Origin: Deltaproteobacteria bacterium
Lineage (GTDB): Bacteria; Desulfobacterota; Binatia; Binatales; Binataceae
DNA length: 64,000 nt
Assembly (NCBI GenBank): GCA_021817345.1
Contig: JAKAVC010000134.1
Location: 4,311-68,310 of the forward strand
Reading direction: 5' to 3'
Made by a program: the position numbers and the translations under genes. Under the pieces are notes generated by a model, which was not told the DNA's origin, ran no database searches, and saw only the letters and a program-made list of their open reading frames with translations. Below, one piece after another: positions 29,214 through 37,146 of this stretch. Every line of letters begins with the position of its first letter. Position 1 is the first letter of the stretch.

Positions 29214-31754
29214 TCATTCCTTCGCTACCACGGTATCGTAGAGCCCATAGTGGATTAGGCCCTCGTGGCTTTCGATTCCCGTATAGCGTAGTGACGCGTC
29301 TTCGTAGCGGCGAAAGGCAAAGACAGCCTGGTTCATTTGTTCGGTGTTGAAGACCTTCAGCTGTACGAGCAAATGGAAGTCGTTCACCGTCAGGCCGGTG
29401 ACGGCTAGAAACAAGTCCGGTTCGAGCTTGGTTATGACGTCCTGCAGCGTATTCTCGCGGAAGTCGGTCAGGTACATGAACGCGGGAATCCGAGTGGCAA
29501 ACTTGATCAGCTTCTCCTGCGCGAGCTTCCGCTTGGACTTGTACTCCTTCTCCTCCTCGGTGAGCTGTTTCTTCTCCTTCTCCGTAAGATCGTGGTCCCT
29601 GGCCTTGCTCTTGAGTTCCTTCACCTTCTCGCTCTTGTTGATAATGGTCTCGATGATGTTGTCGCCGAGCGCGCGCCAGCCCTCAATTCGCTCAACGGCG
29701 GCCATCGCCTCGGGGTTGTCCATGATGCGGCGCAGAGTGTCGTTATCTACGTTCACGAGCAGGGCGCTCTCCCACTTGCGTGCCAGCAGCGTGGCTGAGG
29801 TGCCCGCCATCGCGATGTCGAGAATGCCGCCCGCGTCGATCTGCGTCATATTCGCGCCGTCGTAGGCCAGCACGGGCAGAAACGAAACGAGGTCCTTGAC
29901 CGCGTTCTCCGGGTTCTGTTCGTTTGGCGACAGGCCGATCCCATAATCGGAGATCTGCCGCAGCGCGCGCGTGGGCGCGAAGTCAAACACGAAGCAGATA
30001 GGCTTGAGGATCTCCTCCTCGTTCGGGTTGTCGCCGTTGGGGTTCTTGATCGACCACGGCGACTGCACGCGGAACGCTGCCTGAAAGTACGTCTCCGGCG
30101 ACTTGAGGTTGCGTAGCATCAGAATGGATGACCACTGTGGCACCGTCACGCCGGTGGCGAGCTTGCCGCACGAGAGCGTGATGCTCTTGGTCTCGAAACC
30201 GCTTCCGATGGCCTTGCGCACGGGTGGTAATGCCTCCAGTCCAATTCCCGCCGAGGCGCCAGCGGCGACGACCACTTCGTAGTCGTGCCAGAAAGTGTTG
30301 TGCTTCTCGGCCAGCAGGTTTGACATCGCGTGGCAGGCCGCGACGTTGGGGAGGAACCAGAACGAGTGCTGCAGGTACGGCAGCAGGCGGACATCCGAAT
30401 ACGGAAACGGCGGCCGCGTGCCCGTCTTCAGATGCTCCATCACTTGGGGCGTGTACCCACCGCGGATGATGTCTAGCCACTTCTGCACGTCGCTCTTATG
30501 TTTGAATTGCGCTTTGGCGCCCCTGCCTGATGCCTCGAAGAACTCGTTGAGATCAAACTCGTCGAACTCCCCGGCGCTCGCGATTGCCAGCAGCTCGTCC
30601 GGCATCTGGTAAGTCAGCAACCGCATCTGCGGCAGCGCACCATAAGGATTCCACTTGCCGGGCTTCTTCGCGGCGAATTCCTGCTTGGCGCGCTGTTCGT
30701 CGGTGTAGGTCCAGTTGAAGATCTGTTCTTCGATGAATTCGCCCGTGGCCAGCGCTCTGAACGGTGTGCCCGAGAGGTAGAGATATGCCTTGGTCGTGAT
30801 GGGCAGAAAATCGGTCTCCTTCTCCGAAAGAACGCTGAGGTCTTCGTTCACATCCTCCAGCCCGGCCGCGTATTCAATATTGGCCTCTTTCTTTGCAACG
30901 GCCTCTTCTTCGCCTTCAAACAGTTCTTTGGCGGTCTCTCGCCAGGCGCCGAAATGGTATTCATCAAACACCACCAGGTCCCAGTTTACCGTGTGCAACC
31001 ATTCGTTCTTGGATTTGATATTTCCCGCCGCATCACGACCAAGGAGGTCCTGAAATGAGCCGAAGTACACAACCGGTTTGTGGCCGTCGATTTTGGTGGG
31101 ATCGCTGCCCGAGTTGCGCGAGAGGTACTGCCAGCCATCGAAGTCCACGTGATTTTCGATATCCGACTGCCACGCATCCTCGACGGCAGGCTTGAACGTG
31201 ACCACAAGGACGCGTTTGGCGCCAAGCTTCTTTGCTAGCTGGTAGGTGGTGAAGGTCTTTCCGAAGCGCATCTTCGCGTTCCAGAGGAAGCGCGGGACGG
31301 CGTGCATATCCTCCTTCCAAATCGAGTGGAAGTACGCGTGCGTCTTGTTTACAGCCTCCGCTTGCTCGCGGCGCATCGCGAATGTCTCGTGATGCGTACC
31401 GGTGAACCGCTGGCCGGTGCGCAACTCGGTGAGCACGGTCTTCACGTCCTTGACCGTGCAGCGCATCCACTCTAGCTCGCCGCTCTCAAAGCCCTTCTTA
31501 ATCAGGGCCGCGCGCACTTCGTAGTCAGTGAAGATGCTGCCGTCGTTGCGCTCAGCTCGTTCGTCCAGCTCGATCCTATAATTCTTGATGGCGGCGGTTT
31601 TGAGCTGCTCGGCTACGCGCTGCTTCACGTCGCGCGTGGTCTGGCCGACCTTGAGGAGGCCCGCGTGTGCGTCGTCGGCAATGGAGTAAGCGTAGATCCG
31701 CGGCCGGGCTTCCGGCTTGGGCGCAAGGATCTCCTCGATGGTCTTACTCATCAT
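29214..31754 (-). CDS. fusion protein with an N-terminal GIY-YIG (T5orf172-like) nuclease domain and an SF2 DExH helicase/ATPase; putative restriction/effector subunit of an R-M-like defence system
   Basis: N-terminal RIYAYSIADDAHAGLLKVGQTTRDVKQRVAEQ (GIY...YIG...R...E pattern). Helicase motifs: I (KMRFGKTFT), II (LVVFDEYHFGAW), III (LYLSGTPFRA) and VI (FQAAFRVQS). About 250-aa C-terminal domain of unknown function. Lower GC and translationally coupled to the upstream MTase. Confidence 0.7.
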   Translation of the reverse strand: MMSKTIEEILAPKPEARPRIYAYSIADDAHAGLLKVGQTTRDVKQRVAEQLKTAAIKNYRIELDERAERNDGSIFTDYEVRAALIKKGFESGELEWMRCTVKDVKTVLTELRTGQRFTGTHHETFAMRREQAEAVNKTHAYFHSIWKEDMHAVPRFLWNAKMRFGKTFTTYQLAKKLGAKRVLVVTFKPAVEDAWQSDIENHVDFDGWQYLSRNSGSDPTKIDGHKPVVYFGSFQDLLGRDAAGNIKSKNEWLHTVNWDLVVFDEYHFGAWRETAKELFEGEEEAVAKKEANIEYAAGLEDVNEDLSVLSEKETDFLPITTKAYLYLSGTPFRALATGEFIEEQIFNWTYTDEQRAKQEFAAKKPGKWNPYGALPQMRLLTYQMPDELLAIASAGEFDEFDLNEFFEASGRGAKAQFKHKSDVQKWLDIIRGGYTPQVMEHLKTGTRPPFPYSDVRLLPYLQHSFWFLPNVAACHAMSNLLAEKHNTFWHDYEVVVAAGASAGIGLEALPPVRKAIGSGFETKSITLSCGKLATGVTVPQWSSILMLRNLKSPETYFQAAFRVQSPWSIKNPNGDNPNEEEILKPICFVFDFAPTRALRQISDYGIGLSPNEQNPENAVKDLVSFLPVLAYDGANMTQIDAGGILDIAMAGTSATLLARKWESALLVNVDNDTLRRIMDNPEAMAAVERIEGWRALGDNIIETIINKSEKVKELKSKARDHDLTEKEKKQLTEEEKEYKSKRKLAQEKLIKFATRIPAFMYLTDFRENTLQDVITKLEPDLFLAVTGLTVNDFHLLVQLKVFNTEQMNQAVFAFRRYEDASLRYTGIESHEGLIHYGLYDTVVAKE

Positions 31755-33363
31755 CTACTTCCATCGGCCGAATCAACTTCTCGATGTAGGCGATCTCGTC
31801 ATTCGTAAGCCCGTACTTCGCGTAAAGCTTCTTGTCCGTCCACGCCCTCGAAAAGTCTTGGAGCGGTACGAACGAGTAGGCCGAGCGTGAGAGGTCCTGC
31901 GCAGATGACCGCGCAGCAATGAGAAACCGGAAGAATCTCGTGACAACATACGAAAAACAGTTCCGCGCTTCCGTCTCAGTGTCGTAAGCGCCCAGCAGTA
32001 TGTATGTCTCGGTCACAACAGATCCGGGTGGGATGACACCGGACAGTGAGAGCACACGCCGCTGACCGTTCCTGTCAACCTGACCAGCGTGCTCTGATGA
32101 CGACTTGGACGTGAAGACCTTCCACTTATCAACTAGATCCCGGCCGACTGTTACTTCGGATCTGGACGTCCAAGCGCGCCCTCCATTTTGGAGGACAAGA
32201 ATGTCGTGCTTTGATGATCTCTTCTCAGATCCTCGAAAGAAGGTGCGCAATCCAAATGGCTTCTGCGAACTGACCTGCCTTTCGAAGCGCTTCGCCTCGG
32301 GGAGGCACAGTGACGTTGAGCCGGTCTCTACTGCCGTCACTTTCCGGAGAATTGAAAGCGCACGGCTGCTTCGAATGAATACTTCAGCACCTTCTTCTAG
32401 GAGCGGACGCACGGTTTCTGACGATTCTGACCCGTTCTCAAATTCAACTATGCGGCAATCTCCAGGATTGTCTCTGTCCCACAGGAAGTAGCAAACACCG
32501 CCTGCAACATCCACGCTTGGGAAAACCTGCCGGCTGTCCGGGTAGTCAACGAGCTTTCTAATCCGGTTGTCGGTAAGCATCGACTGGCGGAACTCGTCCA
32601 GGCCGCGGCCACCAAAGAGCCAGCGAGACGGGATAACCATCGTCAAGAAGCGCGGCTCAAGCGCCTTCGCTTGCTCCACAAATCTGTTGTAGATGGGAAT
32701 GGCACTCGCGCCGAATCCGCCATCATCCAACTGATACGGTGGGTTCCCGATGATCACATCGAACTGCATATTGTCTCCAAACAGTTCGGTTACCCGAATC
32801 TTGATGTCGTTGGTGTGGATGAACGCATACGCGTGGGTTTCGAGACCTCCGCCGCGGTCAAGGGTTTTCTTGCTGGCACCGCAATACTCGCACCTGTCAT
32901 CAATCCACGCATGCTCGACGCGGTCGAACCAGACGTTGCCACTGTCGTTGGCGAAGGACTTGGCAATGGAGTGCTTGCCGTTTGCATGCTTCGAGCAATA
33001 CACACTCCGCCGCGCAAGCAGACTCGTGAGCCGAGTGATGCCGATGCCGAACACCTGCTTTGTGAGAATGTGATCGACGCGCTCTTGCAGGTCGGGAATC
33101 TCGGCCTCCAATCCCTTGGTAAGCCGGCTGGTGATTTCGCGCAGGAACACACCCGACTTTGTGCACGGATCGAGGAACCTCACTGTCTTGTCCGCCCAGA
33201 GGCTCGCGCCACTGTGGTCGGCAGCCCACGCCTCGGCCAGCGTGTCCAGCATTCGGTTCGCGAGCTCAGGCGGCGTAAACACCTCGTCGTTCGAGAGGTT
33301 CGCAATGCATGTTAGTACATCCGGGTTGCGGCCACGCAGCGCAAACGCCGCCCGAGCGCTCAT
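31744..33363 (-). CDS. gamma-class N6-adenine DNA methyltransferase (Eco57I/TaqI-like) with C-terminal target-recognition region
   Basis: Motif X (EVFTPPELANRML), motif I (FLDPCTKSGVFL) and motif IV (DVIIGNPPYQ), in that order. C-terminal KLYAKYGLTxxEIxYIE tail typical of this MTase family. Confidence 0.85.
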   Translation of the reverse strand: MSARAAFALRGRNPDVLTCIANLSNDEVFTPPELANRMLDTLAEAWAADHSGASLWADKTVRFLDPCTKSGVFLREITSRLTKGLEAEIPDLQERVDHILTKQVFGIGITRLTSLLARRSVYCSKHANGKHSIAKSFANDSGNVWFDRVEHAWIDDRCEYCGASKKTLDRGGGLETHAYAFIHTNDIKIRVTELFGDNMQFDVIIGNPPYQLDDGGFGASAIPIYNRFVEQAKALEPRFLTMVIPSRWLFGGRGLDEFRQSMLTDNRIRKLVDYPDSRQVFPSVDVAGGVCYFLWDRDNPGDCRIVEFENGSESSETVRPLLEEGAEVFIRSSRALSILRKVTAVETGSTSLCLPEAKRFERQVSSQKPFGLRTFFRGSEKRSSKHDILVLQNGGRAWTSRSEVTVGRDLVDKWKVFTSKSSSEHAGQVDRNGQRRVLSLSGVIPPGSVVTETYILLGAYDTETEARNCFSYVVTRFFRFLIAARSSAQDLSRSAYSFVPLQDFSRAWTDKKLYAKYGLTNDEIAYIEKLIRPMEVDDE

Positions 33364-34016
33364 ACGGCCTCCTTCGAGGACTCGCCAGGCGTGGCAGCGG
33401 CCAGCTCGCTCACGGTCACCGGCGGGTAGGTCTTCGTCGGCTTGAAGATCTCGTGCTTCCCGAGGTGGGCGAATAGCGAGTCCTCCGCACTGAAGGCCGA
33501 CGAAAGGGTGAGGGTGTCGAGGCGAAAATCGCGCCGCTGGAATTTGCCCTTACCAAGATAGCCCCACTCGGCAAAGGTGATCGGCTTGCCGTCGCTGGTG
33601 CGCATCGTCAAGGCGTCACCGTGAACGAGGTTCTGCGTGAGCACGTAAAAAGCGGCCCGATAGAGGTCGTCTGATTCCTTGAGGTTCAGGTAGTCAGCGA
33701 GAATCTCCAGCATATTCGCCCGGCATTCGGCGATGTTGTCCTCTAGGAGCTCGATCCCGTAGGTGCACATCAAAGCGAGAAGCGCGTAGTGCCGCCTTTC
33801 AAAGTCGGACCTCCCGAACTTGAGTTCGACGGCGGCAAGCTTGCGCTGCAGGATGCGGACGAGGAAGTTTCCACTCCCACAGGCCGGCTCCAGGAAGCGG
33901 GAGTCGATGCGCTCGGTTTCGTCCTTGACGAGGTCGAGCATCGCTTCGACCATCCAACGGGGAGTGAACACCTCCCCATGGTCGGCGACGCGTTTCTTCG
34001 ACTTGATCTGGTTCAT
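33360..34016 (-). CDS. N6-adenine MTase N-terminal-like module (motifs X, I, II, III but no NPPY). Either an accessory subunit or a truncated paralogue.
   Basis: Motifs GEVFTPRWMVEAML, FLEPACGSGNFLV, YGIEL and LVHGDAL, paralogous to the N-terminus of the adjacent 539-aa MTase. The stop overlaps the next start (GTATGA), which is preceded by GGAGG. Confidence 0.6.
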   Translation of the reverse strand: MNQIKSKKRVADHGEVFTPRWMVEAMLDLVKDETERIDSRFLEPACGSGNFLVRILQRKLAAVELKFGRSDFERRHYALLALMCTYGIELLEDNIAECRANMLEILADYLNLKESDDLYRAAFYVLTQNLVHGDALTMRTSDGKPITFAEWGYLGKGKFQRRDFRLDTLTLSSAFSAEDSLFAHLGKHEIFKPTKTYPPVTVSELAAATPGESSKEAV

Positions 34017-34359
34017 AAGTCAAATGCCCGGCTCGCGTCGGGACTGCCGATTGTCTGACGTACAGAAATAATTATCCTGCGCGCTTTGGCCCCCACAACC
34101 CTACCTCGACATCGACACCGCATGTCAGCTAGGCTTCGTTCGAGCTAGACGAACGTAGCGTACCTCGCTCGATCAATCGGACAAACTTCTTATAGTTGTG
34201 ATGATCCCGCTGCCACCTTCCGGCCACCGGGGTGTCGCCCACCGCGTTCCCCATTGGTCAGCCGCTGTCGCGCGCGCAGGACGAATTCCTGGCTCGCGAT
34301 GCTCTATTGGTTTCGCGATTGAGAGCGGCGGGCGAGGGACGTTCCAGGCGCGCATAGAT

Positions 34360-34402
34360 CGCAACCGCCTCAAGATACTTTCGGCAATTCGAAACGCCGA
34401 AA
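34360..34402 (+). repeat. diverged 43-bp direct repeat of a tag coding segment (partner at 28823-28865); right boundary of the R-M island
   Basis: 39 of 43 bp identical to the tag codons for RNRLKILSAIRNAE. The three substitutions inside those codons are synonymous. Confidence 0.7.
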
Positions 34403-34482
34403 CCTCAAGCCGGTCTCGCAGTAATTGTTAGGCTGCGATAGCTGTTGGTAAAGCCGTATGCACGGGAGGAAGAATTGGTGGC

Positions 34483-35709
34483 ATGAGCGACAATCTGCCT
34501 TTGGACGGGATGCGCGTGGTCGAGCTTGGAGAAGGGATCAGCGCCGCGTTCTGTACGCGGATGCTGGCGGGCCTCGGTGCTGAGGTATGGAAAATCGAGC
34601 AGCCGGGACGGGGCGACCGTGCCAGGCGCACACCCGACCTCGACGGCACTGAATGTGACAGTGAAGCCAATCCGCTGTTTCTGTATCTGAACACCGGCAA
34701 GAAGAGCGTCACGCTCGACCTGCACGATCAGCGCGGGCGCGATCTGCTTATGGCGCTGGTGGCGAAGGCCGACTGCGTGGTCGAAAATATGCTGCCGCGC
34801 GAATGGGCCGCGCTCGGCATGGAACCGGGGCGGCTGCGAGCCCAAAAGCCCGCTCTGGTCGTCACCTCGATAACTCCATTCGGCCAGACCGGCCCGTATC
34901 GCGATTTCGAGGCGACCAATCTGATTGAGTTTGCGATGGGCGGCCAGATGGCGTTGACGGGTGAGCCCTCGCGCGAGCCGCTGGTAAATGGCGGGTCCCA
35001 GGCCGAGTATCAGGGTGGGCTTCACGCGCTGCCCGGGACACTTGCCGCGCTGGCGCGGGCGAGCGCGACCGGCCAGGGCGAGCATCTGGATATTTCCATC
35101 GTCGAGTGCCAGGCAAGCACGCTGGAAACAGCCAATCCCGCCACGGTTGCTCTGGATTCGCCCACCTCGAATCAATGGAAAACGCGGCGCGGCAATATCA
35201 TTTCGGCCACCTGGGCGCTTTACCAGGCCGCCGACGGATACGCGGGGCTGTACTACCTGCCGCGTCAGTATCCCAAGGTGTTCGACCTGATCGGACAGCC
35301 GGAACTGCTTCAAGACGACCGATTCAAGGATCCGCAAACGGCGCTCCAGACCAATGATGAGCTGGTCGCGATAATCAGTGGATATTTCCTCGAGCATGGC
35401 AAATTCGAATTGTTCGAACGCGCGGCCAGCCAGAGGGGATGCGTGGGCTTTGTCGCCTCGATACCCGAGGCGCTGAGTTCGCCGCAGGAAGCCGCGCGCA
35501 ATTTCTTCGCCCGTGTCACCCATCCGCGCGCCGGGACCTACACTGAACCTACGGCTCCGTGGATTCTCAATGACGGGGAGCGCGACCTTCAGTTTCGCAT
35601 CGCCGGTCCGGCGCCGCTGCTCGGTGAGCATACCGCCGAGGTGCTGGCCGCGGAACTCGGCCTCCTGGACGCAAAACTCCAAGAACTCTCGCAGGCAGGG
35701 ATTATCTGA
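34483..35709 (+). CDS. family III CoA-transferase (CaiB/BaiF family)
   Basis: N-terminal LxGxRVxELG pattern and conserved catalytic Asp region (FVENM). Confidence 0.85.
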   Translation: MSDNLPLDGMRVVELGEGISAAFCTRMLAGLGAEVWKIEQPGRGDRARRTPDLDGTECDSEANPLFLYLNTGKKSVTLDLHDQRGRDLLMALVAKADCVVENMLPREWAALGMEPGRLRAQKPALVVTSITPFGQTGPYRDFEATNLIEFAMGGQMALTGEPSREPLVNGGSQAEYQGGLHALPGTLAALARASATGQGEHLDISIVECQASTLETANPATVALDSPTSNQWKTRRGNIISATWALYQAADGYAGLYYLPRQYPKVFDLIGQPELLQDDRFKDPQTALQTNDELVAIISGYFLEHGKFELFERAASQRGCVGFVASIPEALSSPQEAARNFFARVTHPRAGTYTEPTAPWILNDGERDLQFRIAGPAPLLGEHTAEVLAAELGLLDAKLQELSQAGII

Positions 35710-35712
35710 CCG

Positions 35713-36966
35713 ATGGCTAAATCAGGACTTCCGCTTGAAGGAATACGGGTTCTCGATCTGACCCAGGCGTGGGCCGGACCAATGGCGACCAAGACGCTCG
35801 CCGATCTCGGCGCCGAGGTAATAAAGATCGAAGCACCCGGTCATCACGACTTTATCCGGGATTTCTTCGACAAGGACACGGCACCGCCGCGACCGTACAA
35901 CGCGAGCGGCTATTTCAACGAAATCAATCGCAACAAGCTCGGGGTGGCGATCGAATTCACACGCCCCGAAGGTCGCGAGCTGATACTGGCGCTGGCGGAG
36001 CATTGCGACGTCATGATCGACAACTCGCGCCCGGGGGTGCTCAAGACCCTCGGTCTCGACGAGCCGGCTGTACGGCGGCGAAATCCGAACATGATCATTG
36101 CCTCGATGCCGGGTTATGGCGGGCGTGGTCCGCAGAGCGACTATTCAGTGTACGGCCCCGCGATGGAGCATACCGCGGGTCTCACCTCGTTTACCGGCTA
36201 CCTCGATTCAACTCCGCAGAAAACCGGCATCAGCTACGGCGACCCGGTTGGCGGTATCTCGGCTGCCTCCGCCATCATTGCGGCGATTCTGTATCGGCGC
36301 CGCACGGGCAAGGGCGTCACGATCGATGTCTCCCAGCGTGAAGGACTCGAAGCCCTGATTGGCGAGGCGCTGGTCAGCTATTCTCTTTACGGCCGCGAAC
36401 CGCAGCGCCAGGGTAATCGCAATGCCTCAATGTCTCCGCATGGCGTGTTCCCGACGATAGGGCGCGCGGCAGGGGCCGATCATTGGATTGCGATCGCGGT
36501 ACGGAACGACGAGGAATTCGCGCGCCTCGCCCGTCTGATGGGCGATCCGCCGTGGGCCCGCGAATTTAAAACCCTGGCCGAACGCAAGCGGCGCGAAGAC
36601 GAGCTCGAAGAGCACATCGCGCAGTGGACGATTCGCTTTGAACGCTATGAACTGATGCATCGGCTCCAGGCCGCGGGAATTCCCGCCGGCGTGGTCCTGA
36701 GCCCGCGCGACCTGCTGAGCGACCCTCATTTCAAGGCGCGCAACTTTCATCCTCTCGTCAACCATCCCGATCACGGCAAGCAACCGGTCAGCGCGCCCGT
36801 CTTCCGCGCCAGTGAGACACCTATGGGCATCAGGCTTCCGGCGCCGTGCTTCGGCCAGCATACCCGCGAGGTTCTTGGGCGGCTGCTCGGCTTGACCGAC
36901 GCGCAGATCGAGGATTTGCAGGGAAAGGGGATAATTTCCGACATGCCAAGCGTGTATCGGGGCTGA
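35713..36966 (+). CDS. family III CoA-transferase (CaiB/BaiF family), tandem paralogue
   Basis: LEGIRVLDLTQAWAGP and MIDNSRPGV motifs. Starts 3 nt after the previous stop. Confidence 0.85.
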   Translation: MAKSGLPLEGIRVLDLTQAWAGPMATKTLADLGAEVIKIEAPGHHDFIRDFFDKDTAPPRPYNASGYFNEINRNKLGVAIEFTRPEGRELILALAEHCDVMIDNSRPGVLKTLGLDEPAVRRRNPNMIIASMPGYGGRGPQSDYSVYGPAMEHTAGLTSFTGYLDSTPQKTGISYGDPVGGISAASAIIAAILYRRRTGKGVTIDVSQREGLEALIGEALVSYSLYGREPQRQGNRNASMSPHGVFPTIGRAAGADHWIAIAVRNDEEFARLARLMGDPPWAREFKTLAERKRREDELEEHIAQWTIRFERYELMHRLQAAGIPAGVVLSPRDLLSDPHFKARNFHPLVNHPDHGKQPVSAPVFRASETPMGIRLPAPCFGQHTREVLGRLLGLTDAQIEDLQGKGIISDMPSVYRG

Positions 36967-37146
36967 CCTGCGTAGGAAAATAGGGTGTGATAGCGGGCGC
37001 CTTCTAAAGTCCAGGGGAGATGCGTCTGGCCACTCGATACGGGTAAGGCCAGCCCAGCGCCCGTAGGCCAATAGCTATCCGCACCGCGACGGCTGGTATC
37101 GTGCTTTCTCTCTGCAACTCCAGACACAGGGGGCGGACCTGTTCCC

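Noticed and set aside
29344-29865. 173-aa plus-strand ORF inside the GIY-YIG-helicase gene
   Set aside because: Antisense to a well-supported long gene, with a low-complexity Ser/Leu-rich translation.
34198-34431. 77-aa ORF ending ...RNRLKILSAIRNAE
   Set aside because: Only the last 14 codons resemble Tag and the rest has no homology. It is interpreted as a relic repeat (island boundary) rather than a functional gene.
36427-37071. 214-aa minus-strand ORF overlapping the 3' end of the second CoA-transferase
   Set aside because: Overlaps a well-supported gene on the other strand and has no recognisable motifs.
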